From an uncultured Dehalococcoidia bacterium (GTDB taxonomy: Bacteria > Chloroflexota > Dehalococcoidia > Lucifugimonadales > JADFKI01): a DNA stretch of 64,000 bases. Below the pieces are notes generated by a model, which was given only the letters and a program-made list of their open reading frames with translations, made no database searches and was not told the DNA's origin. Made by a program: the position numbers and the translations under genes. Below are positions 47,316 to 56,511 of the stretch, piece by piece. The stretch lies in contig CAZQPS010000016.1 in NCBI GenBank assembly GCA_964595285.1, forward strand, positions 3,612 through 67,611, read 5' to 3'. Position 1 is the stretch's first letter; the number at the start of each line of letters is the position of its first letter.

Positions 47316-49799
47316 ATGAAGGTTCCATTTTCTTGGCTAAAAAAATATGTTGAAATAGATCTTCCATCCTCTGAAATAGCACATCGATTAACTATGGCTG
47401 GGAACGAAGTTGGAGAGATAGAAGAGATAGGTGCTGGATGGGACAAAGATAAAGTCATCGTAGGCGAAATTGTAGGTATTGATCCTCATCCAGATGCTGA
47501 TAGGCTGAGATTGCCCACAGTTAATATCGGAGATGGAACGGAAATAAAGGTAGTTTGTGGTGCCCCAAATTTATTAGTTGGTCAAAAAATCGTATTTGCT
47601 AAAGAGGGATCTATTTTGTTCAATCCCAGAAATGGGAAAATGGAGAAACTTAAGCCTGCCAACATAAGAGGTGTAGAGTCTAGAGGAATGGTATGCTCTA
47701 CACTGGAACTGGGTCTTGGAGAAGATCATGACGGGATATTGGTGCTTGATTCTGAGGCGCCCGTTGGGTTGTCACTAACGGAATATATGGGCGATTCTAT
47801 TTTAGATATTGAGGTAACTCCAAATAGGCCTGATGCTTTGTCTGTACTTGGTATAGCCAGAGAAGTAGGAGCTCTCACCGCGAAATCTGTGAGGGAACCA
47901 GATATGTCCTATGTTGAAGATGGGCCAAATGTGTCCGAATTAGCATCCGTACATATAGAAAATCCGCAGTCGTGCTCTCGGTATACAGCTTCAATCATAC
48001 GAGACGTGAGGGTGGGGCCATCTCCAGTGTGGCTTAGAGATGCCTTGATAAAATCCGGATTAAGGCCTATAAACAATATAGTTGATATCACAAACTATGT
48101 CATGTTGGAATGGGGTCAGCCTCTGCATGCCTTCGACTTCAATAGAATTAAAAGTAATAAAATAATTGTCAGAGACGCGAACATAGGAGAGAGACTTAAA
48201 TCACTAGATGGTGTAGAACACGAATTAGCCCCCCCTATTCTTGTTATTGCAGATGTAGAAAAATCTATTGGCCTTGCTGGTGTAATGGGTGGAGCAAATA
48301 CAGAAATTGATTCGGATACGACTACTGTTTTCCTGGAATCGGCTAATTTCAGTGCCTCAAACACTCGAAAAACCCGATCTTCTTTAGGGATAGATAGTGA
48401 GGCGTCGTATAGGTTTGAACGTGGTATACGACCCGAGTTGGCAGAATTAGCACTTCGGAGGGCCACTCGACTCATATCACAATTAGCTGATGGCAAGCCG
48501 GCGCAGGCTATCATTGATATCTATCCTGGCAAGCAAGAGCCAATTAATGTTAGTGTCAGTAAAAGACGAATCAATCAGCTACTTGGAGTCCAGTACAGTG
48601 TGATGGAAATTGAGAGAGTATTGATCTCATTGGGTTTCAGGCGATTGCAGGAGCCTTCGGGATTACTTGATATGATGGATACATTCTCGGGAGTAACAGT
48701 CGGGGATCAAGATGATGTCATGTGGTTTGAGCCTCCATTTTGGCGGTCAGATATTAGAATAGAAGAAGATGTAATAGAAGAATTAGCGAGAATCATTGGA
48801 TATGACAGTATACCGACAGTCATGCTGTCCACATCAATACCTCATAGGCAGATTGATTATTATGCGTCGTTGCGGGAAAAGTGTAGAGATATCTTAGTAT
48901 CGTGTGGGATGCAAGAATCCATATCATATTCCCTAGTTAGCTCCACAACGCTAAAAAAATTGGGAACTATTGAATCTGATAAATCCCAACTTCGTATTTC
49001 GAATCCGTTGAGCTCTGAGCACGAATTTTTGCGAACAACTTTGAGAGCCAACATTTTAGACACCTTGAGTGCCAATAGGAAGGTAAATCAAAATGAAGGT
49101 ATTAGATTGTTTGAAATAGGCAAAGTATTTATGACGAAGCCCGAGACCAAAAGCTTAGATCTGCCAGAAGAAAAAGAAGTAATGATTGGACTGTTATCAG
49201 GGCCTCGCTTTCCTATGTCATGGACTGCTCCAACTGGCAATATGGGATTTTTTGACGCTAAAGGTGTAATAGAAAATCTGTCTAGGAAAACTGGCGTCGA
49301 TCTGCAATATGAAGTGACAGAAAACGAAGATATGTTTCAGTCTGGGAAAGTTGCTCGAATATTAAGTAATGACGTGCTGGTTGGTACAATCGGAGAGGTT
49401 TCCGAACCCATATTGCAGAAATTCGAAGTGGAAGGGTTTCCTATAGCGTTATTTGAAATTGATTTGAATGCTTTTTTAGATGTTTCCAAATCCTCCCCGA
49501 ATACTTACAAGAGTGCGAGTAGGTATCCGGAATCATATAGAGACCTAGGACTATTAGTGGACGCAGATGTGGCTTCTAGTCATGTGGAATATATTATAAG
49601 GAGACACAAAATGGTCGCAGATGTTTCTCTTTTTGATTTGTATTACGGCCAGGACGTGGAACCCGGCAAGAAGGTGGTCGCATATAGAATATCATTTCAG
49701 TCGAACGAAGCGACCCTCACTTCCACACAGGTCGATAAATATCAGGATAATATTCTCCGCGAACTCAGGAGAGAATTAGGTGCGGAGTTACGGGGATAA
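47316..49799 (+). CDS. pheT: phenylalanine--tRNA ligase beta subunit
   Basis: 827 aa. N-terminus MKVPFSWLKKYV, a tRNA-binding domain (HPDADRLRL..V), and the B3/4, B5 and FDX-ACB C-terminal domains. Confidence 0.96.
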   Translation: MKVPFSWLKKYVEIDLPSSEIAHRLTMAGNEVGEIEEIGAGWDKDKVIVGEIVGIDPHPDADRLRLPTVNIGDGTEIKVVCGAPNLLVGQKIVFAKEGSILFNPRNGKMEKLKPANIRGVESRGMVCSTLELGLGEDHDGILVLDSEAPVGLSLTEYMGDSILDIEVTPNRPDALSVLGIAREVGALTAKSVREPDMSYVEDGPNVSELASVHIENPQSCSRYTASIIRDVRVGPSPVWLRDALIKSGLRPINNIVDITNYVMLEWGQPLHAFDFNRIKSNKIIVRDANIGERLKSLDGVEHELAPPILVIADVEKSIGLAGVMGGANTEIDSDTTTVFLESANFSASNTRKTRSSLGIDSEASYRFERGIRPELAELALRRATRLISQLADGKPAQAIIDIYPGKQEPINVSVSKRRINQLLGVQYSVMEIERVLISLGFRRLQEPSGLLDMMDTFSGVTVGDQDDVMWFEPPFWRSDIRIEEDVIEELARIIGYDSIPTVMLSTSIPHRQIDYYASLREKCRDILVSCGMQESISYSLVSSTTLKKLGTIESDKSQLRISNPLSSEHEFLRTTLRANILDTLSANRKVNQNEGIRLFEIGKVFMTKPETKSLDLPEEKEVMIGLLSGPRFPMSWTAPTGNMGFFDAKGVIENLSRKTGVDLQYEVTENEDMFQSGKVARILSNDVLVGTIGEVSEPILQKFEVEGFPIALFEIDLNAFLDVSKSSPNTYKSASRYPESYRDLGLLVDADVASSHVEYIIRRHKMVADVSLFDLYYGQDVEPGKKVVAYRISFQSNEATLTSTQVDKYQDNILRELRRELGAELRG

Positions 49800-49801
49800 A
49801 T

Positions 49802-51118
49802 ATGCAACATGATGGGCATAGTCATAGACATTATGGTGAATCCATGCTTAGCGTGGAAGAGGCACTGGAAAGAATTTTAGATGCTTTTGAAGTCTTAGAA
49901 CCAGAAGAGGCTTATCTACTAGATGCCCTCGGACAGGTTTTGTCGGAGGATGTAGTAGCTACGCACAATATTCCTCCATTAGATAATTCGGCGATGGACG
50001 GGTATGCGGTCAGATGTGAAGATGTAGTGGGTGCTGGCCAAGACACTCCCGTGTTGTTGAGAGTGATAGGAACCGTTGCTGCAGGCCATTTACCCAATGT
50101 GGTCGTAACTGAAGGGACAGCGGTTAGGATAATGACTGGTGCTGCGATTCCTAGTGGTGCTAACGCTGTTGTTCCATTCGAAGATACAAATGAGATGGAA
50201 CAAAGGGATTCCGGTGATGATATCAATGAGATTGCCATTAGATATGAAGTTAGTGTAGGGGCGGATGTACGTCCTTTTGGTCAGGATATTCGTAAAAATG
50301 AAATAGTGCTTCGGAAAGGTAAAGTACTTAGGCCATACGAGATAGGGGTACTGGCATCACTTGGTCGTAAAAGTGTAAGTGTGATACGTCGGCCAGTAGT
50401 ATCAATATTGTCTACTGGAGATGAGCTTTTGGAACCAGGAGATAAGCAGCAAGGCGAAGGTAAGATTTTTGATAGTAATAGTTCAGGTATAGGGGCCGCA
50501 GTAGCGAAATTCGGTGGTATTCCTAAACTTCTGGGGATAGCCAAAGACGATATGGACTCGGTGAATGAAAAACTTGTTGATGGCCTTTCGGCTGATATGT
50601 TTGTGACATCGGCTGGAGTTTCAAAGGGTGATTATGATTTGGTGAAAGATGTATTGTCGGATCACGGAGAAATAGATTTTTGGTCGATTCGAATGAGACC
50701 TGCGAAACCTTTAGCCTTTGGGGTTCTTAGGTCCCAGGATGGTAGGACCGTACCTCATTTGGGATTGCCCGGTAATCCTGTCAGTGCTCAAGTTGCTTTT
50801 GAGCAGTTTGGAAGAGCCGCAATCTCAAAAATGATGGGTAAGACAGAGTTTAGGAAGCCTGTTGTCAATGCGATTCTTGATGACTCTATATACAACGAAG
50901 ATGGACGTAGAATGTATGCCAGAGTCGTTGTTTCTTCAAAGGATGGTAAGTATCATGCGAAACTAACTGGTGCGCAGGGATCTAACCTTCTCACTTCTAT
51001 GACTCTAGCTAATGGGTTAGCAATTTGTCCCGAGGGGGTGGCAATAAAACGATCAGGGGATTCCATTGAGGTGCAAATGCTTGATTGGTCGGAGGACTTT
51101 TTCCCTCCATCAACCTAG
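49802..51118 (+). CDS. moeA: molybdopterin molybdotransferase MoeA
   Basis: 438 aa. Motifs PPLDNSAMDGYAV, STGDEL and GLPGNPVSA. Starts 2 nt after the pheT stop. Confidence 0.9.
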   Translation: MQHDGHSHRHYGESMLSVEEALERILDAFEVLEPEEAYLLDALGQVLSEDVVATHNIPPLDNSAMDGYAVRCEDVVGAGQDTPVLLRVIGTVAAGHLPNVVVTEGTAVRIMTGAAIPSGANAVVPFEDTNEMEQRDSGDDINEIAIRYEVSVGADVRPFGQDIRKNEIVLRKGKVLRPYEIGVLASLGRKSVSVIRRPVVSILSTGDELLEPGDKQQGEGKIFDSNSSGIGAAVAKFGGIPKLLGIAKDDMDSVNEKLVDGLSADMFVTSAGVSKGDYDLVKDVLSDHGEIDFWSIRMRPAKPLAFGVLRSQDGRTVPHLGLPGNPVSAQVAFEQFGRAAISKMMGKTEFRKPVVNAILDDSIYNEDGRRMYARVVVSSKDGKYHAKLTGAQGSNLLTSMTLANGLAICPEGVAIKRSGDSIEVQMLDWSEDFFPPST

Positions 51119-51252
51119 TTGTAATTTGTGTTAATTTAGATGTGGAATGTAGTTGGGACTTTTGAAATCGGGTGTTGGTTAGTTGAGTATGTGGTAAGCT
51201 CTCAGTGTCGGTGTATATAAGCTAAGTGTAACTAGTTCGGAGGTAAGGGCCA

Positions 51253-51720
51253 ATGACGGATAGCCAGTCGCGGCGGGGAGAGGATACGTCAGAGATGCAA
51301 GATGAAGAATATTATCCAGAGTTTTTTGTATCTCGCGAACAAGCGGATATGGAAGGTAGATCCCTGCAGACAATGATTATCAATAGGATGAGTTACACAG
51401 ATCGCCAGAAATATGAAGATGCTGATCAGAATGTTGATGATTTAGTGACCCAAATTGTGGAAAGTAGTAGCCAGGACTCCGACTTCCTTTTGCCAGATAC
51501 GCCTTTGAAAGAGGCAGTTTTCCGAGTTATGTTGGCGAGTGGGAATGTACCTGTGACTGCAGAGCAGATTAGCGAATATCTATCTGAAAGGTGGGCGATG
51601 ACGCCATATCCAAGGGATGTTTCGCCAAAGGTTATTCAACGTCTGCTCGAAAATAGTGCTGCCTATTGTATCGCACAGATGCCTCAGGCCGAGCCTGATT
51701 CGGATGAGGAAGCCAGCTAA
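51253..51720 (+). CDS. hypothetical acidic protein (possible HARE-HTH-like core)
   Basis: 155 aa, strongly acidic at both ends. The central LKEAVFRVMLASGNVPVTAEQISEYLSERW resembles a winged-helix/HARE-HTH pattern (speculative). GGAGG lies upstream of the ATG. Confidence 0.55.
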   Translation: MTDSQSRRGEDTSEMQDEEYYPEFFVSREQADMEGRSLQTMIINRMSYTDRQKYEDADQNVDDLVTQIVESSSQDSDFLLPDTPLKEAVFRVMLASGNVPVTAEQISEYLSERWAMTPYPRDVSPKVIQRLLENSAAYCIAQMPQAEPDSDEEAS

Positions 51721-51759
51721 CGTGGGCTTGATGAACACTAGATTACCAAGACAAGGGCG

Positions 51760-51909
51760 CTAGTCTTCCGGTTCTTCTCTCTTGCGCCTTTTCTTGCCCG
51801 TAATTTGTACGCTTTCGGGCACAGAAATGGCATCTGAGCTTAAACCTTTTCCTAGTTTGACCTTTTTCGGTTTTTTGTTTTCCCTTTTAGGTGATTTGCC
51901 TTTGGCCAT
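51760..51909 (-). CDS. small lysine-rich basic protein (49 aa), below the ORF-track length cut-off
   Basis: My manual translation is MAKGKSPKRENKKPKKVKLGKGLSSDAISVPESVQITGKKRRKREEPED. The ATG is preceded by GGAG at about 7 nt. Convergent with the acidic protein gene. Confidence 0.4.
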   Translation of the reverse strand: MAKGKSPKRENKKPKKVKLGKGLSSDAISVPESVQITGKKRRKREEPED

Positions 51910-52088
51910 GACCTTGCTCCGCCTGGAATGGTAGTGCCTCGCTTGAAGTGTAGACTATAAGAAAAATTATGTAAAGGTTAATTTACATGGTCAGGGTAGC
52001 TGCCTCATGATACAATATGATATACCCCTTTTGTCGGGACAATCCGCCTCGGGGTGTTAATATTTAGTAGCTGGGAGAAATCCAGGAT

Positions 52089-52751
52089 ATGGATGTTCAA
52101 ACACTGAAGTTATCGAATAGAACTGTACTGGGGAAAAGGGTTAGGCAACTCAGAAAGAATGGAATCCTACCAGTGCATGTTTACGGCACAAATGAAGCAC
52201 CTCAATCACTTCAAGGTGATATTCGCGTCTTGAATCGTCTGATACCTCAAATAGGTACCAACATCCCTGTATCTGTTGAGGTAGAGGGCAGCGATAGTAT
52301 ATGTTTTGTGCGAGAGGTTCAACGACATCCCGTAACTGAAGATCTATTGCACGTGGATTTCATCAGGGTGGATGTTTCCCAAGTCACGCAAGCAGAAGTA
52401 CCAGTTTTGCTTGTCGGAGAGGCTCCGGCTACAAGGCAGGGAGGGACACTACTCCTGCAATTACAAACTATATTAGTAGAAGCCTTACCTATGAATATCC
52501 CCGCCTCTATAGAAGTAGATGTTGAAAGCCTTGACGATTTTGAGAAGGCTATTTATGTTCGTGACGTTGCTGTGGGTAATGACGTGACGGTTATAAGCGA
52601 TATAGAGGATATGATTGCCAGAGTTAGTCCTCCTAGAGTTGAAGTTGAAGAAACGCCTCTGGATGAGGAGGGTCTTGAAGGTGATGAAGAAGGCATGGCA
52701 GAGGACGGTGTGGAAGGTGAATCAGGGGATGAAACTCAGTCTGGAGAATAA
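52089..52751 (+). CDS. rplY: 50S ribosomal protein L25 / general stress protein Ctc form
   Basis: 220 aa. Motifs GKRVRQLRKNGILPVHVYG and QRHPVTEDLLHVDF, with an acidic C-terminal tail. Confidence 0.9.
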   Translation: MDVQTLKLSNRTVLGKRVRQLRKNGILPVHVYGTNEAPQSLQGDIRVLNRLIPQIGTNIPVSVEVEGSDSICFVREVQRHPVTEDLLHVDFIRVDVSQVTQAEVPVLLVGEAPATRQGGTLLLQLQTILVEALPMNIPASIEVDVESLDDFEKAIYVRDVAVGNDVTVISDIEDMIARVSPPRVEVEETPLDEEGLEGDEEGMAEDGVEGESGDETQSGE

Positions 52752-52795
52752 TGGTCTGGCTGGGATTTGAGATTATTCTCGTTTTGAGACTCTGT

Positions 52796-53893
52796 TTAGG
52801 CTACTCTGTATTTTTTAAGGAATTCCTTGTTTGGTGTGAATCCAAATCCGGGTCTTTCAGGTGGGCTGGTATGTCCGTTTGAAAGGTCGAGGGTCTCTTC
52901 ATAGATATTGCCCCACATTGGATCAAAGGCCTGTGCATAGTATTCCAAGATGAGCCCATTTGGAATTGCAGATACTAGATGCACATGAATTTCCTGTTTG
53001 CCGTGGGGAGCAATAGGCAAATCTTGTGATTGTGCCAGTGAAGCCACTTTCATAAATTCCGTTACTCCGCCCATTATCAATGCATCTGGTTGTATGATGG
53101 CAGCACATCTGTTATTTATCAAATCTCTGAATCCGTATCGAGTATATTCATTCTCTCCTGTAGCAACTGGTATGGATGTAGCAGTTGATATTAAACGATG
53201 GCCTTCATAATCGTCCGGGTTGACTGGTTCCTCAAACCAGTAGACGTCGTATTGTTCCACCTTTCTGGCAATGTTTATTGCATCATAAAAAGTATATGCG
53301 CAATTGGCATCCATGAGTAGTTTTATGTCCGGCCATATGGTTTCTCTTACAACTCGTATCCTCTCAACGTCTTCGTTTATGGGTACTCCGCCAATTTTCA
53401 TTTTTACTGCTTTGGCGCCGGTATCTAGAGCGCTCTCCATTTCCTTGGATAATTCATTTAATCCTTTTCCTTCTTCGTAATAGCCTCCAGCAATGTAAAC
53501 TGGAATCTTATTGGTGAATCCACCAAGTAATTTGTAAACTGGTTGACCTGATGCTTTACCTTTGATGTCCCATAGAGCGATATCAATTCCACTGATAACC
53601 CTGGTTGAAATCCCGCGTCGTCCCACTAGTTTGGGTTGCCACATTTCGTTCCAGATCTTTTCGTTCAGAAAAGGATCTTGGCCTATAACGAAGCCTTTCA
53701 TGAAGTCCAGAATGCCTGGCTTTGCGGTATCTCCTTCGTTATCCCCCCCAATGTAGCCGTATCCTGTAATACCTTCATCAGTTTCAATCTGCACGACACT
53801 TAAGGCAACTGTAGGATAAGTGTACCTTCCGTTCCGTATGGGCCTAGGGCGGGGCCACCTGTAAATTTCAAGACTTACGTCTGTTATCTTCAT
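52796..53893 (-). CDS. enolase-superfamily enzyme (mandelate racemase/muconate lactonizing family)
   Basis: MKITDVSLEIY...IETDEGITGYG, KMKIGG, MDANCAY, FEEP and TGENE. Start placed at M8 of the track ORF, preceded by GGAGAG. Confidence 0.9.
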   Translation of the reverse strand: MKITDVSLEIYRWPRPRPIRNGRYTYPTVALSVVQIETDEGITGYGYIGGDNEGDTAKPGILDFMKGFVIGQDPFLNEKIWNEMWQPKLVGRRGISTRVISGIDIALWDIKGKASGQPVYKLLGGFTNKIPVYIAGGYYEEGKGLNELSKEMESALDTGAKAVKMKIGGVPINEDVERIRVVRETIWPDIKLLMDANCAYTFYDAINIARKVEQYDVYWFEEPVNPDDYEGHRLISTATSIPVATGENEYTRYGFRDLINNRCAAIIQPDALIMGGVTEFMKVASLAQSQDLPIAPHGKQEIHVHLVSAIPNGLILEYYAQAFDPMWGNIYEETLDLSNGHTSPPERPGFGFTPNKEFLKKYRVA

Positions 53894-54127
53894 CTTGTGA
53901 TTCTCTCCAAGCAATACTAAGCTAGCCAGAAAATGTTAATTTACCCATAGATAATATCTCCAGCATTCTAGCACAGCGTATGATATAAATTGTAAAAACA
54001 TGAGCCTAGTATGCGGTATAAGAAAATAACATCCCTATGGTAGATTAGGGGTGCATATAGGTCGTAAGGTATCTTTAGAACATAATCGCTTGAGGTCCGT
54101 GGGTTTCTATTGTGCTGGGAGAATGTT

Positions 54128-55528
54128 ATGAGAAGTCGGATTCCGTTTTCACTGATATTAATAATCGCTTTAATTATAACCTTAGCGGGATGGACATTTT
54201 TTGGTAAGAATATTAGCGCTGCACCTCCCGTTGTGAGCCTAACTCTGCCAACTACTCAGGTTGCAGAAGGTCGTTTCCCGTTTACTTTTCAGGGCACGAT
54301 TCTGGATGGTGATGGGAATGCTGTTTCTAATAGTGCCCATGAGTTAACTCTCGCAATTTATGACGGTCAAGATGCACGGACCCCTTTGTGGTCAGAGAAG
54401 CAAACGGTATTCACTTATGAAGGTCTCTTCACGATTATTTTGGGAGAAGACACGGAAATATCGCCAAATATATTTTCCGATAATGCGCAGACGTGGCTAG
54501 GAATAAGAGTAGATCATAATTCAGAATTGCAGCCTCGTGTTCGCATGACATACTCTCCATATGCTTTTCATGCTGTCACGGCAGATAATATTAGAAATGC
54601 TCTTCCAACTGCGGCTCAGATTGCTACTTTGAGGTGGTATGAAGTGAGTGATATTGGGTTCAAGGTATCGGTTGGGGATGAGCCGAGTGCCATAGCGTTT
54701 GATGGAGAGTATTTATGGGTAGCCAATCGTGGTGACGAAGAAGAATCGGACGATGACGCTTTGACAAAAATTAATCCGTCAACTGGATATACAGCTGGAA
54801 GTGTAAAGGTGGGTACAAACCCAGTTGCGATCGTGTTTGACGGGAAGAGTTTATGGGTAGCGAATCAAGATAGTGACAATATAACCAAGTTTGACATAAA
54901 TAAGACAAACAAAAAGACTTTGTCTGCAAATGGTGAGAGACCAGTGGCTTTGTCTTTTGATGGCAAATATGTTTGGGTACTCGTTGAAGGATCAGATTCT
55001 GTAGTTCGATACAACGTATCTACTGAAAAGGCCGTTGATGAAGATGGAAATTCGTCTAATGGGATAACTGGTATTTCTGTGGGAGATAGGCCAACTGCTA
55101 TTGCTTTTGATGGAACCATGATGTGGGTTTTGCATTCTGGTAATAATAATATAACTAGAATAAATAGCTCGACTGCAACGGTAGTTGACACGTTATCTAA
55201 AGGAGATGGTCAATCCGATATAGTGTTTGATGGTCAGAATATGTGGGTTACTGATGAAGGGGATGATTCTGTTATAAAAATTAGAGCATCCGATGGAATG
55301 ACTTTGGGGCGGTATGATTCCAAAGGTGATAGACCAGAAGCATTAGCATTTGACGGCAGGGCTATATGGATAGCGAATAAACGTGACGATGAAGTTACTA
55401 AGTTAAAATCGTCCTATGGGGAATTAATAGGGACTTTTGCCGTAGGCGGTTCTCCAGTTGCAATGGCATTTGATGGTACGGATGTGTGGGTAGTGGCTAA
55501 AGATGACGACCAAATCATTAAGAAGTAG
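54128..55528 (+). CDS. secreted/anchored protein: N-terminal ~170-aa module plus a 7-bladed beta-propeller
   Basis: Signal/anchor MRSRIPFSLILIIALIITLAG (start at M7 of the track ORF, preceded by GGGAG). Seven repeats of P.AIAFDG..(L/M)WVAN...D.(I/V)(T/I)K(I/F). Confidence 0.8.
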   Translation: MRSRIPFSLILIIALIITLAGWTFFGKNISAAPPVVSLTLPTTQVAEGRFPFTFQGTILDGDGNAVSNSAHELTLAIYDGQDARTPLWSEKQTVFTYEGLFTIILGEDTEISPNIFSDNAQTWLGIRVDHNSELQPRVRMTYSPYAFHAVTADNIRNALPTAAQIATLRWYEVSDIGFKVSVGDEPSAIAFDGEYLWVANRGDEEESDDDALTKINPSTGYTAGSVKVGTNPVAIVFDGKSLWVANQDSDNITKFDINKTNKKTLSANGERPVALSFDGKYVWVLVEGSDSVVRYNVSTEKAVDEDGNSSNGITGISVGDRPTAIAFDGTMMWVLHSGNNNITRINSSTATVVDTLSKGDGQSDIVFDGQNMWVTDEGDDSVIKIRASDGMTLGRYDSKGDRPEALAFDGRAIWIANKRDDEVTKLKSSYGELIGTFAVGGSPVAMAFDGTDVWVVAKDDDQIIKK

Positions 55529-55546
55529 ATAGATATGGATCATTAG

Positions 55547-56383
55547 ATGAGAGTGCCTTACAGAACAAGATGGATAGTTGGCTTTTTAAGTTTGGCCTTG
55601 ATCGTAGTGGTAGTGTTTAGCGCGAATTTTGCCAGTGCTGAGAATTCGCGTATGTTCCTTAGATGGACAGCCTTTTCAGCAGGTATTGTAGATTCAAAAA
55701 ATGATGATAACCAGATTAACGCAAGCCTCGGTATAACCACAACAGGCAAATTCTCATCTGATAAATACAAAATTGAATTGGGATATTATAACGGTAGTAA
55801 TATGGTCGCCAATGCTTACGCAAAGGAAGTATCCGAACTATCCTTAACTCCCATATCAATGGCGCACTTATCAATTGTCGCTACGGCATCGACCTCTAAT
55901 AAGTTACAAATTGAAACGGAACAACCAGAGGTCATATCCACAACCGTAGTTAATGATGAAACTGTTCAGAGTTCAAATCAGCTAGTGGAAGACGATGAAG
56001 ACATTACATCTTCTAATGATATTACGAGTCTACTTTCTCCTACGATTGAGAATGTAGGTGCAGACAAGGCTAGTATTATTGTCTCAATCACAGCTACGCC
56101 TCTTCCTTTTACCAGTAAGTCGGGCTCTGGAGATGAAAAGGATGAAATAAGATCAGGCCCCGCAGAGAGTGAAATTGTATCAACCGATTTAAATAGAAGT
56201 GCAAAAGCAACTCCTTTTGTGTTGGTTATTACACCCACACCTTCTGAGGACATATCGAAAGAGATCCAATCATCCGGATCATGTAATGCCTTTTTTGCAG
56301 GTAAGCAAGAATCATCCGATTTAGGGTATTTATTGTTTATTGTGGCGCCTGCATTATTATGGAAATATAAATCTCGCAGGTAA
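55547..56383 (+). CDS. secreted Ser/Thr/acidic-rich protein with a C-terminal hydrophobic helix plus basic tail
   Basis: 278 aa. Signal peptide ...VVFSANFASA-EN, a low-complexity middle, and the C-terminus LGYLLFIVAPALLWKYKSRR. Confidence 0.7.
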   Translation: MRVPYRTRWIVGFLSLALIVVVVFSANFASAENSRMFLRWTAFSAGIVDSKNDDNQINASLGITTTGKFSSDKYKIELGYYNGSNMVANAYAKEVSELSLTPISMAHLSIVATASTSNKLQIETEQPEVISTTVVNDETVQSSNQLVEDDEDITSSNDITSLLSPTIENVGADKASIIVSITATPLPFTSKSGSGDEKDEIRSGPAESEIVSTDLNRSAKATPFVLVITPTPSEDISKEIQSSGSCNAFFAGKQESSDLGYLLFIVAPALLWKYKSRR

Positions 56384-56511
56384 AATTACAAATATAAAAA
56401 CGTATTGGTACCATGAAATCAGCTACGAATATTCACGAATTGTTGTAACATGCGTTTTCAGAATCCGATAAGACAGTTGAGAGAATATCCTCAAGATGTT
56501 TAGGGTGTAAG

